Assembly (NCBI GenBank): GCA_024137785.1
Contig: JAHRHZ010000036.1
Span: 3,111,091 to 3,175,090 of the forward strand
Length of the DNA: 64,000 nt
Source: Ginglymostoma cirratum
Lineage: Eukaryota
Direction of reading: 5' to 3'
The notes beneath the pieces were generated by a model. It was given only the letters and a program-made list of their open reading frames with translations. It was not told the origin of the DNA and made no database searches. Below, piece by piece: positions 26,390 to 39,630 of the stretch. The position numbers were made by a program, and so were the translations under genes. Positions within the stretch are counted from its first letter, which is position 1. Each line of letters starts with the position of its first letter.

Positions 26390-27900
26390 AAGTAACAGCC
26401 TGCATTTACTATGATCAAGCACTTTGCAAAGCATTACCAGGATGTTCCTCAGGAGTGTTATCAAACAAAATTAGACAAAGCCACATGAGGCGTCCATGCA
26501 GATGACCAAATCACAGGCAAATTTTAAGGAATACCTTGAAGGAAGTAAAGAGATGGTGAAGCATAGGGAGGGAATTCCAGAGTCTAAGACCAAGGGAATT
26601 GAAGGTTTAGGTATTACTAGTTAAAAGTGGGAATGGTCGAGTCTTAAATTAGCATGTAAAAACATTTGGAGTTTGGAGGGTTGAAGGAGGTTACAAAGCT
26701 AGGGAGAAGGGGATCAGGTCATGGCAGGAATTTGAAAAGAAGAATGAAACCTTTTAAAAACATTGCTTGGCTCCTGCCCTTGTAGATGACTGAGCACCAG
26801 TAACAGATGGGCAGAACTTGAGCAAGATAAGACATGCGCTCATCTAAGCTTTGGCATCTATCTGTAGGAGGGTAGGACGAGAAGCCAGCCACACATGTTG
26901 CACTAGTTAAATCTAGAGGTAACAAGCATGAATGTTTCAGTTCGTCTGTTGAAACAGACAAAGTCCAATGTTATAGAGGTGAAAAGACTTAGTGGTTGCA
27001 TAAAGCTTGGATCAAAAGTTTATCTCTGTCAAGTACAACACTAAGATTGCAAACGGTCTGGTATGGTCTCATTGTTGCCAGAGATGGGGATGGAATCTAT
27101 AATTGGGAATGGAGTCTGGCGAGGATTTTAAATCAGTAGTTTAAATCACTCCGGTATTTGTCTGGAGGAAGTTTCTTCATAGATAAGTAGTTTAGTAACT
27201 TGGCAACAATGGAGGTGCTGTGTGTTGCCAGTGTACATGTGGACATCCACATGAGTGGATGTGGATGAGAACTAGAAGGTGGTCAGAGATGGGCCCCTGG
27301 GGCACACCAGAGGTATTGATATTGGAACAAGAAGAGAAGCCTTTGCAAATGACTTTTTCTGGCTGTACCAAAGGAAGGCTGGACCGGGAATGAAGTAGGC
27401 AACCTTTTCTGAAATTTGAATTTTTTCTTTTGTTTTCTCCTCCACCATCGCTAATACACACCAACCACTAACCAGCTTACATTTTCTGACCTCCAACCTA
27501 GCGGAGTTTGCAGACAGGTTGAAAAGGATGAGGAAGGATGGTTTACATTTGACAGTTATTTAGGATATCACTTCTGAATTTGAGAGCCATTCTGGTTTTC
27601 TGGCAGGGACTGAAACCTGAACGGACACATTCAAATTGCTCTGAAGGAATGGTTATGAATTCAGTAAGCAGCAACACTCTGGAGAACTGGATGTCAGCCA
27701 TGAAGTGAGACAGTGTAAGAATTGAGGTGCTGGTGTGAGAGAGAGCTGACTAATCAGTGTACACTTGACAACTGACATGTTCCATTTGTATGCTGACAGT
27801 ATCCAGTTGGAATCGTGGGTTTATCATAAACTTGCACTGTCTCCCATTTCAACAAATTTCTAAGTTTTGGAATTGTCATGATCTCCACTTTCACATTCAT
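26390..27900 (-). mobile_element. Degenerate L2/CR1-clade LINE remnant with RT motif
   Basis: ORF 27192..27464 contains SGVPQGPISDHLLVLIHI (decayed GVPQGSxLGPLLFLIY); L2-like 3' end near 26390. Confidence 0.65.
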
Positions 27901-28520
27901 GTTTGAACTGATTGTCTGCAGTTTTTGGAAGTTGAATGTCTTTCCTTAGATTTGATAGTTCCAAACTGTTTATGGTTCAGTTCAGGGAACTTGCAGCTTA
28001 GTGTGGTTGTTTTTCTGGGAAAACTTAGACTGTAGCTTTAAAATCTGCAGTTTTACATTTCACCAAAGTGCAACTGTGTTGTTTAGTTTACAAGTTTTAA
28101 CTGCTGGAAGTGATTAGAGATCATCTTTCTCTGTCATGCTTAACCGGTCCCTGAAAATTTAGTTTACATTATGGGTTTGTAGCCACTGCCACGTAAGCAT
28201 TGTTTCAGTGTACTTTCTGGGAAAGTCATGCATGATTATGCAGCTATCTGTCCAGTGTGATTTCCTTGGTGATACAGTTTCCTTTTTTATTCAGAGGCCT
28301 GGGGAGGCGATTTGTAAAGTTCTGTTTCAATCATTTCTTTTAAATTGTATTAGCTGTCCAATAATAAAAACTATATAAATTCATTTACAGATGTGAACTT
28401 CAATGTAAGGAGAGCATGTATGTGGCTTTCTCTGGAGTTAGCTATTTTTTGAAGAATTTTAAAGCTATGTAATGCAGATCCAATGGGATATTTTAGATTT
28501 AGAACATCTTAACGAGCTAA

Positions 28521-28814
<294 letters not shown>

Positions 28815-28941
28815 TGAGGTGTAAAATGTCATTTTTAAAAATAATGAAGCTAAACTAAGCATTGAGGCTTCTTTGCGTGGACAGTTTAAAATCTTTTTTA
28901 AATCTCATGGGTTATTCAAAAAAGAACGAGTGAATTCTTCT

Positions 28942-29142
28942 GAGATAACAAGGTGTAGAGCTGGATGAACACAGCAGGCCAAGCAGCATCAGAGGAGCAG
29001 GAAAGCTGATGTTTCTTCAGAAGGGTCTAGGCCGAAGACATCAGCTTTCCTGCTCCTCTGATGCTGCTTGGCCTACTGTGTTCATCCAGCTCTACACCTT
29101 GTTATCTCAGATTCTTCAGCAGCTGCAGTTCCTACTACCTCT
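28942..29142. mobile_element. PLE 3'-end fold-back element, copy E (older subfamily), 15-bp degenerate TSD
   Basis: Inverted arms gagataacaaggtgtagagctgg... / ...ccagctctacaccttgttatctc + tail; TSD cgagtgaattcttct (28927-28941) vs caagcgaattcttct (29143-29157). Confidence 0.87.
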
Positions 29143-29509
29143 CAAGCGAATTCTTCTGGTGTCTGGCCGTTATGCCTCTTTCCAACAGTATGAACAGGTA
29201 ACTAGTTTCATTAATACACAATGCTGCATATAACTCAGCTAGCATGGAAGCATGAGAGTATAGAGAGGCAGTTAGAGGTTGGAATCATGTCTTCTTGGAG
29301 TATGAATATCAGTCAGGATCACTTCAAGGTCCTGACCCTGACAAAAACATCAGTCTCTCATGAGGAAGTGGTTAATTGAGAGGCTACCTCTGGGTCTGTG
29401 GTCCTGCTTATGGACAGCAGGTGGCTTCCTGAGACTGCAGACCCAGTCAGTGCCTGTAGCTTGAGAAGCGCATAGCACTTTTTTTTGTCAAAAAAGACTT
29501 CTGTTTGGG

Positions 29510-30655
29510 TTTAGGAGCAGAAGTAAGCCATTCGGCTCATTGAGCCTGCTCCGCCATTCAGAGATCATGGCTGAACTGATAATCCTCCATTCCACTTTCC
29601 TGCCTTTTTCCAATAATCTTTGATTTCTTACAGATTAAAAATGTCCATCCCAGGCATGAATGTGCTTAACAGCTCTCTGGTAAAGAATTCTACAATTCAC
29701 TATCCTCTGAGAAAAGAGATTCCTCCTCATCTGTGTTTTAAACAAGCAGCCCCTTACTCTGAGGTTGTGCCCTTTGGTTTTAGACACTCCAAGGGAAAGC
29801 AACCTCTCAGCATCTACACTGTCATGTTCCTTACGGATCTTGTGTTTCAGTAAGGTCACCTGTCTGTCTTCTAAGCTCCAATGAAGATGGGCCTAACCCA
29901 CTCAACCTCTTTTTCATCAGAAAATCCCTCCGTATCTGGAATCAACACAGTGATCCTTCACTGCTTTCAATTGCAGTACATCTTCCTTTAGATAAGTTGA
30001 TCAAAGCTGTTCACATATTCCATTTTGTGGTCTGACTAACTGCTTGTACTACTTTTGTCATTCCCTTTGAAATAAAAGCCAGCAGTCAGTTTGCCTTCCT
30101 TATTACCTCCTGAACTTGGATGCTAGCTTTTTTTTGAGTGATGCATACATGAGGACCTCCAAATCCCTCTGTGCTGCAACTTCCCAAAGTCTTTCTCCAT
30201 TTTAAATCTATTGCTTTTGTCTTCATACCAAAATGCATAAACTTAAATTTCCCCACATTATATTCATTTTTAAGTTTTTGCTCGATTAACCTGTCTGTAT
30301 GCCTTTGTAGACTGTCATCCTCACCACTTGTCTACTTATTTTTGTCATCCACAGCATTCACTTCACTCATCCAAGTCATTATATTGTAAATAATTGTAGC
30401 CCCAGCATTGATCTTGTAGCACTCCAAGTTACAGGCTGCAGCATGAAAATGCTGCTTTGTCTTAAGTCTCTGCCTTCTATTACTTAGCTGATTCTCCATC
30501 CATGCTAATATACTACCCCCAACATTATGGGTGATTTTTTGTTTGTTTTTTGTTTTTTTTTTTTGAGTAGCCTTATGCACGTGTACCTTATTAAATGCCT
30601 TTGGAACTCCAAACACGTTACATCTGGTTTCACCTGTTCTGCTTGTTACCACCTC
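29510..30655 (-). mobile_element. CR1-like LINE 3' portion (similar 3' ends at ~24290-24470, ~33740-33890, ~40790-41000, ~42200-42680, ~43900-44260, ~50760-50930, ~59030-59225)
   Basis: ORF 30332..30652 (KAFNKV...GSILAWMENQLSNRRQR) and ORF 29635..29859 (SKTKGHNLRVRG.LFKTQMRRNLFSQRIVN) are CR1 RT and C-terminal motifs. Confidence 0.85.
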
Positions 30656-31040
30656 TGACTTACTACCAGATGGTTTGCTGTGTGGATTGTGTAGGGTAGA
30701 CCCATTGAAACATTACTACACTGTAGTCCACTATGGATCTGCGTGCCACCAGCAGAATACAAACATGTTTTCAAATTTGCAAAGATATTATCAATAATAG
30801 TTGGGAGGGAAGGGATTTGCAGTAATTACAGGGTTGCAATTTTGTTTTGGAATTTAGCTGGCTTTTGGTTTGAGATTTTCTGATCTCAGGATGAAATCAG
30901 TGCCTTTTAATCGCTCAATTATCTATAATTTTAATTTTGTTCAGCAGCTATTTCTCTCATTTTCATGGCTGCTTCAAAAGCAGCAATTTTATTAGTAAAG
31001 ATCGTATTTAGTAACACTCCCAAACTGCTTCTCTTCACAG

Positions 31041-31087
31041 GTCACCATAGGCATGCAACTGTTGTCGGGAGATCCTTGTTTCAAAAC
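31041..31087 (+). CDS. EEIG1: EEIG1 coding exon 5: VTIGMQLLSGDPCFK(T)
   Basis: ctcttcacag|GTC...AAAAC|gtaagt; 47 nt, phase 0-2. Confidence 0.96.
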
Positions 31088-34000
31088 GTAAGTGTTTCAA
31101 CAACAACTACCTAAGCTTTGAGCATGAATTCAGCAATTTGCTGGGTTCACAGCAAATACCAATCTGTGTTTTTTCTAGATGCCGATATAATGTAGAGGAA
31201 ATTATGTTCTGCGCACGCATACTTTACTTTCCTGTATTTAAAAAGTAACTGTTCTAGATGTTTGTTCTGGGTCAGCAGCAGAGCAGTACACCAGAAAAAT
31301 TTAGCTCCCAACATCAGTTCCTTCGTTTTGTGTTTACCACTATCTCAAGAATCGAATATTGACCACACAGTGCCAGAAGCCTGTTTCAGTCAAATGAAAC
31401 AGGATGTGGTAAGAAGTCGCAAGGAAACTGCCATGCATCTCCCATCTCTGCCTCAACACAGGAAAAACCAGAATCGATGTGGCAGAGGAATATTTACTCC
31501 CTTATATTTCAGTGTAGCAGTGACACAGATTGAAAATAGGAACTTGGTGACTTTCAACCTCTGGTTATAGATTTTGTTTTAAAGTTGTTAATAATGTAAT
31601 TTGATAGTGGTAGGGCTCTTCCAAAAGTGTTTTCTTCCTTTACTTAAACTCAAGGTACTCAAACAAAACCTCAAACATATTCTGTGAAGTAATCTGAATT
31701 ATTCCGTCTGAGTCTGACAATATGCCTCCAAAAAAAACTGAAATGATCAAATTGCTAAAATTATCCTTAGGCAGCATTTGGTGATGAGTAAACTGATAAC
31801 TGTGAAAAGATGGTGAAATAATACTAAATGTTTTTAAACCATTTTATTTAAGTGTTTAAAATGTAACATTTGTATGGTCAAGGCAAAACAATTAAACAAT
31901 ACCCCATGGTGGTAACTTATCCAAGTATAATAAAATAGATTATAGATGGCTCCAATTTGCTTTAATTGCTCAGCAATTGAAACTGTAAAGTGACTGTTCA
32001 ATCCAGCGAGAGAGCCTTTTCAGTTTTGCAAAATAAAAATGCCAATTTCTTCTGGGACCCATATAGAATTCCACTGCATTGCCAGATTCAATTGTGAATC
32101 TCCACAAATTAAAAGGCAAATATTTTTAAAGGTTTTGAAAGAACCGCTTTAGTAATGCAGCTTTAGTAAGAGGGCCTAATCTACATTGATCTTAGTGTCT
32201 GTCCCACAGAGTTATAAATTTGGATTTTAAAAATCTCACTGGGTTGTTGCTGTCTGAAATAGCTGTATGAGACGGATCTGCTGCTTCAAGGTTGATTTGT
32301 CTGCATAAATTAACTTGGTATAACCCATTCTTACAGGGGTTTCATTGTGTGGGCAGAGATTCAGAATGCAGGACGCTCTGCAGTCTGTGGGATCTTGCTA
32401 ATTGGTTGAAACTCCTCTACCTGGCCAGCTTCCTGTGTGGGCTAGTTGTCTGCCAAAAACAAAGTGTGTGCAGCAAAGATGTACATTGCTGTCAATGCCA
32501 TGTGTAGAGATTCTACAGTGTCATAATTTTTATTGAATCTTAAACCTCAATCTCTGTTTTTTGAGATATTAAGTATAGTAATTAAGTTGAGTAAACATCT
32601 TGACTGAATATCATAGAAGCATTGAGCTGATGATATAGGGGAACTGACTTTTCAAAAAGTTTTCTGGAATGTGGTTGACTCTTAGCCGTCCTCTGAAATG
32701 GCCTGGGAAGCCACTCCATTGTCAAGTAGGCTATTCAGTAGCCCCACCAGCATCTTGAGTGGTTACAGATGACAACAACACCCACAGTCCCACTACTGAA
32801 TAAAACCAGCTGTGCTTTCTAATGTGAGAGAATAAATTTGACGTCTTACAGGCCATTTCAAAGGCTTCCTAACTGTTGTTTTGTGCTGGAGCAAATTACT
32901 GCAGATGCTGGAGATCACATCAGGTCAGGCAGCATCCGTGGATCAGTTTTAAACATTTCAATAAAATTGTTTTAAAAACTTAGTATAATTTTACTGCCTT
33001 TTCATAGTTATCATTAAACAGCTTTGGGTGATGTTGGATAAGAATAATTTTAGCAATTTGATCATTTCAATTTTTTTCTTTTCAGCATAGTTTTGTTAAT
33101 TTGCATAATAATTTCATATAAATGTCTGTAGTTTTTTTCTAAAAGTTTTATATTGTACTAATGGCGAAGGATGGTTCCGTACTCTTGCTTTGGAAAGAAG
33201 CAGCAATCAAGTAGGCCAGAAATCATTTCTTGGTATGGTCTTGTCAGTGAAGTCTGTACAGAGTCAAAGAATCTCAATGTAATGGATTATGCACATGCAG
33301 CAGCTTAAGTCACAGGAATTATAACTCTGCTTATTAATACAAACCCTTCAGTTAATGAAAAGTGGAAGTTGTGAAGAACAGATTCAACTTTGTGGCTATA
33401 TTTGCACTAAGAATTGAGTATATTATCACTGTAAATCCTCATCTAATGTTAGACTTTAGAGGTATGGTGATTCACTTGAAACGTGTTTGGTGAAATCTTC
33501 TTTCGGTTCTTTCAATTCTTTCAGTTCTAATCAATTTGCAAAGAGCCTTGGAATGAAGTCTGTGAAGGGGGCTGGTTCCTGATGCAATTAACAGTTTTGA
33601 GGCTGAAGAATCTTCTCTTCCCTCCCTGTCAAAAATCCCTATCATTACCTTCCCCTCTCCTCCTGTCAGGTTGTAATTATATATCAGCGTCCCCCTGCTT
33701 TCTCTGAAACTGGGACTTTTCGTCCATGATCTTTTAAGGCTTAGGAGCTGAAGTAACCTGTTCAGCTCAATGTGTCTGCACTGCTGTTCACTGAGAGCAC
33801 GTCTTATCTGAGAATCCTCAACTCCACTTTATGCCTTTTCCCATAACCCTTGATTATCTTAGACAGATTTTTAATATCTCAGCCTTGAATATATATGATG
33901 CATATGTGAACTCTGCTCTAATTGTAAAGTAATACAAGGGGGACCTTTATAATTTGCACTATGCAGCGCATCACAATCCATTAGTTATCAGCACTTATAC

Positions 34001-34244
34001 CATTAATCTCTTAGTGTTCTTCCTCTTGTGAAATTCATGCAACAATTTCATTGGCAAACAAGACCTTGACTAAATGGCCACTTTTGTTAGAATGGGCAAT
34101 AACGTTGTTGGTCTTCTGTCTTGCCTCCGGTTGCTATTTGTTGATCCGGTTCAGATAGAAACCTGGGATGATGCTGCAATGTCTGGCTCAGCATTGCATT
34201 GAACTACAGAATCGCTTTTTTTCCTTCCTAACCATTTGAAGAGT

Positions 34245-34247
<3 letters not shown>

Positions 34248-34278
<31 letters not shown>
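34248..34278. repeat. (TC)n microsatellite
   Basis: Direct observation. Confidence 0.95.
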
Positions 34279-34281
<3 letters not shown>

Positions 34282-36302
34282 CGAATTCTGCTTTACTTCT
34301 TGGAGCTTGGTATGCCTCCTCTGTCTGACAGTGCACATTATGATAGTACCGCATGTTGTCTGGACATGTGTAACCGACACTTCCTTCACACCTTTCTCTT
34401 TCCCCTCTCCCCTCCTTGTGTCCAAAGCACCTCATTTACTCATGTTTGAGATTGGGAGTTCATGTGAGGATGAGTGAAGTGGCTCAATCAACAGAATTAT
34501 TGAGCTTTGAATTTCTATCGTCAAGATGAAAACTGTTCTTTATTGCTGTTGTAACTGCAGTGACAGTCACAGGTTTTACATAATCAGGCATAATGCAAAA
34601 CAGTGCCAAGGCTACATTGCTGAAGAATGACTGAAGATTATTTTAATTGTGTGACACACTGAAGAAAATCCAGTTTGTAACTATCTGAACAAGTGGAGTA
34701 TTGCAAAAAGATTGAAGAAACCACAAAAGAAAACTCTCAGTACTTTGCAACTGCAGGAAGAAATGGCCTTTCTTGAAGGAGCTGCAGTATTGGGACACTT
34801 GGAGGTTGAGCTCATATCGTACCACAAAAGAGACTTCAAATGGATGCCAGAGTTTCTATTCAAAAATCTAAACTAGGTGGCAGGTGGTGAGGAGCGCTCC
34901 TGGTATCATGTGAAACCTTGAATTATTTTCTTGCCTCTCAGGTTGAGCAGTGTAATTTTATATGTATCCGTATTGTTTGGTCCTCCTGCTGGTTAGCAGT
35001 GATGCAGTACGGTGTGGTACTGAAACCTCCAGAAAGTAACACTGGCTTTGATGGATGGTTCATTTTAACTTTGTTCTTTCATGGGATCTGGGCATAGCTG
35101 GCAAGGCTAGTGTTTGTTACCTATCCACCACTGTTCCTTAACTGAGTAACCTGCTGTGCCATTTTTGGGGAAGGGCAGTTAAGTGTCATGTATATTTGCT
35201 GTGGATCTGGAGTCACGTATGTGGCCATCAATGATCGTTTCATTGTCTTCATTACTGGGAAGTTTTTTTTTTTTAAATTTCATGAAGTATTGATTGAATT
35301 TAACTTTCAACAGCCAGGACATTTAGTAAATGCAGAGTGCTGGTCTGGGCTCTGGCTTTGCCTTTTTGCCACAGTCTCCCCAGTGTGGCTGTCTGAGGAC
35401 AGAGCAATGGGTGGCCAATGCAAGTGTCAGCATAAATTAAGAAATTTTTGGATAAATGACTGAAGGCCCTGACAGGCCTGTGGAAGTCTATAACAAATAG
35501 TGACCTTCATGAGGGGAGAGAACTGAACGGAGACAGTTGCTGAGTTGTAGTCTGTAGTAGACCTTGGTACGTCAGTTCCCAGCAGTGTTGACACCGTGTT
35601 TGGGCATGTCCACGTAGCAGTTACTGAGATTAGCCTCTGACAGAGACTGTCCACAGTGTGTGTGTGAGTGTGTGTGAACATCAGCCTAATTCATGTGTCT
35701 GGATTCACCAGAGATCTATACACGTCTCCTGGACCTGTCACTGAATAGCAATCTCCATCTTTCTTTCACCACCCCCCCCACCCCCCGTCAATAAGTAACT
35801 GACCAATTAAACCTTGACTTTCAGGATCTATTTAAATTAGAATGAACTTGCAGTTGAGGTTTCTTGCAAGGGTGATTCTGCTGCTGATTTTAAATTCTAA
35901 GTAATCAGCGTGATTTGTGTGTTCGAATCATTGAAATGGTACTCAAACCCAAGAATCTCTGACCTAAAGGATACTGCCACTGAGGCAAAGCTGGCAACAG
36001 TTTGGGATCACAATGATTGGACACAGTGTAGTCAAGGTGAAGTATGAAGTCAATAATCCTCTGTCAAAGACATTCTTTTCAGCAGGCTCTGGTCTGTGCT
36101 TTTGGCCCTTTTCTTAAATTTCTTCATGCAGTGAATGTTTTGAATTTTTATTAGCTCCACAGTGCATTCAGAACTGAAGTTAACTTGCTATCAGTGCTTC
36201 CTTTGCAATTACTGACCAATCTTACTTTACAATACCAGTTAGAGAATCTCCATTTTGTTTCTTTGGTTCTGTATTTTGTTTGAGTACCAAGTGCTTGTGT
36301 GT

Positions 36303-36321
36303 CTGCTGCCCTCTAGTGCTC
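36303..36321 (-). promoter_or_regulatory. Candidate CTCF-binding motif in intron 5
   Basis: Minus strand gagcactagagggcagcag resembles the CTCF core consensus; motif match only. Confidence 0.35.
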
Positions 36322-36511
36322 TTGGCTGTCTGGGCCATATTCCACATCAAGATCTGAGAGGTATTCAGAATCTCGCAGCATCTGGCCAGACTGGATAGGG
36401 AGAAACCATACAGGTTGGCATAAGGGTCAAGAACTAGAGGATGTTGATTTTAAGGTGATCAGCATTGGCAAAAATGTTATTTTATAATGTGATTAGAATC
36501 TGGAATACTCC

Positions 36512-36770
36512 GGCCTAACTGGGTCAGTCAGCTCACTTGGCTGGACAGTTGTTTTGCAATGCAAAGTGATGCCAACAGCATGGGTTCAGTTTATGCACTG
36601 GCTGAAGTTACTACGAAGGTGCCACTTTGCCTGAGGTCTGGTAACCCACCACCAGTTGGACACTCCTCAACCTCCTCCCCTCATTTGAGGTGTAGTGACT
36701 CTCCGGTTGAGCTGCCACCAGTTGTCTCTTTCTCTAATGAGAGCAATCCTATGGTCTGGTAAGACTCTTG
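36512..36770 (+). mobile_element. tRNA-derived SINE, second copy at ~54625-54810
   Basis: Shared blocks gttttgcaatgcaaagtgatgccaacagcatgggttcag...ccaccagttgtctctttctctaatgagagc. Confidence 0.65.
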
Positions 36771-38507
36771 TACCTTACTCTGCCTGTGATCATGCTGGAG
36801 ATGCAATTCGATCAACTGCTTCGAGAGTTGTACAGTTACCTGAAGAGAGAATTTGCAAAACTGGGGGGGAAAAGGGAGAAAACTAAAACAGTTAATTTTC
36901 CAGACAATTAGCACAGACTTGATAGGCTGAATGGTCACTACACGTGTTGTAACTACTGATTGTTTGAATAGCTTTGTCATATGATTGAGACAAATGAAGA
37001 AAGACAGTTTTAACAAGGTATGGTATCAATTTTAAAGATTTGCTCATGGGATGAGTGTTTAGCTGGCTAAGCTGGCATTTATTGGAATCACAAGTCAGAC
37101 CAGATCAGGACAGTGAATTTCCTTCCATAAAGGACAGTAATGAACCAATGTGTTTCTATGACAGTTCACTGAACAGTCGCCACTCTTATTCCACAATTTT
37201 TTTGTCTTGTTTTTTGTTAAATTCCAATTTTATCATCTATCATAATGGAATTCAAACTCATTTCCCAATACTATTAGCCTGGGGTTTGGGAGTAGGAGTC
37301 CTGTGACATTCCCACTTCGCTGCTGCTTCTCTCTGTTTTATGATAGTCAATGTCTCTAGATTATTGGACTAAGAATCTAGAGGCATGAGTTTAGATACTT
37401 GCGCTCCCTCATCTTCTCTCTTCCCCTGTCTCCCTTCACTCCCTCCCCTTGTGCTCCCTCCCCTGACTCTGTTTTGTATTTTGGAACAAAGAATGTCTAG
37501 AACAGGGAAAAAAAAGTTGTTGTATACATTTGTGCCGTTCACTATCGGGAAGCTTGTTCATGGTGGTACAGAGGATTGATTTCCTTTTGACATTTACTAA
37601 AGATAGGCAGTATCTTAAATGACAATGCTTATGGGCTTGTTAGCATTCTGAGACAGCATCAAAACATTCCAGCCATGACCTGGCAGAGATTAGTGCAGTG
37701 GTCAAGCTGTTTGCCTCACCCAACTCTTCCACACCCCCCCCACTCCAGTTTTCAGAGATCAATTGGCACCTATGTTTACTTGCTGCTCGCATCTTTCTGC
37801 ATGCTTGCAGTGATGGAAAGAATGCTATTCTCATTCCTGGAGGTATTTTCAGGTCATCAACTTGTTCTGAGAATCTTGAGAAGTTGTTTCTAGTGACTTA
37901 CTTTGCCACTCTCCCTCCAGAAGGTAATGTGTCAAACTGGTGTTACACAGGTGCCAATAGCCCACTCTTAAGTGTTATTCTCTGAAGCCCAAGGTATCTC
38001 TAGGCCATGTGCTTGTGGGTGTTTGCAACAAAGTCCAGTAGTACCTAGGCGCAATACTAAGCAGCAGTCAGCCTGACTTCCACCAACTCCCCTCTCCCCT
38101 TCTGCCCCACTTATGGTACCTCTTGGCCAAGGGCATTGAGTCTGGTCTTTAAGCCGCAGCACTGGCTAAACTGAGAGCAACAAACTCAACAGATCAGCAA
38201 TCAAACACATGATAATTGTTTGAATTTATGTATAGCTGTTTTCTCAATATGGAAACTCTGAAATGCTCTTGAAATTAAGATGGTTGCAATGATCATTGTT
38301 TAGACAACTCTAGCTATCATGCCAGTAACTTGCAAACGATCACTATCTGTTTTTTTTCGCTTAGCTGAACTATTGAGGATATCCTTTAGAAATGTTGCGT
38401 CCTGTCATAACTTTATTGACCATTCTGGTATTTTAATGTGGTTTCAATTGAAGAGATAATGTATTTAATCTGCAGCCCAATCTCTTAACAGCCCTGCTGC
38501 TAGATGA

Positions 38508-38870
<363 letters not shown>

Positions 38871-39283
38871 TGAGTAATATCAGTTTCTCAGCACAAAATT
38901 ATGGGTTTTAACCAAATGAATGTTAACCCATATTCATGCCTTCATTACCTCTAGACCTCACTATTCCTATACACTTGCAGCTGGCTTCCCACTTTTTTCT
39001 ACCTTCCACGTACCAATATTTACAATTCTTTCCTTGTATTAACTTGCAGCAAGCCTCATTCTCTGATTACACTCTGCTCGCTGATCTATATTTATCCTTA
39101 ATGGAGGAACGTCACGATTTCTAATATTGTTCTGAACAAATCCCCTTGTCTGCCCCACCCTCTGTAATCCCCTCTAGCCCTACAGCCTTCCGAGATCTCT
39201 ATCTCCCCTAATTCTGGCCTCCTACATATCTTGACTTTGATCCATCTACTGGTGGTGACTGTGCCTTCAGACGTGCCAGCTGA

Positions 39284-39630
39284 CGTAGCATGGTGGCTCA
39301 GTGGTTAACACTGATGTCCGGGACCCAGGTTCAGCATTCCAGTTCTTAATAGCCGACTGTGTTTAAAGACATTCTTCCTTCCACCTCTCCCATGTTTGCG
39401 TGGGTTTCCTCTGGATGCTTCAGATTCCTCCCACAGTCCAAAGGTTAAGTGGATTGGCCATGCTAAATTGCTCATAGTATCCAGGGATGTGCAGATTAGG
39501 TGGATTAGCCAAGGGGTATGCAGAGTTAGAGATAAGGGAGGAGAGTGAATCTGGGTAAGATAGTAATCAAAGGGTTGCTGTGGACTTGATTGGCCGAAAT
39601 GGCTTGCTTCCACACTATAGGGATTCAATG
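39284..39630 (+). mobile_element. HE1-like V-SINE inserted in an L2-like relic (~38930-39800)
   Basis: tggtggctcagtggttaacact A-box, V-domain tgcgtgggtttcctctggatgcttcagattcctcccacagtccaaag, tail gccgaaatggcttgcttccacactatagggattc. Confidence 0.8.
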
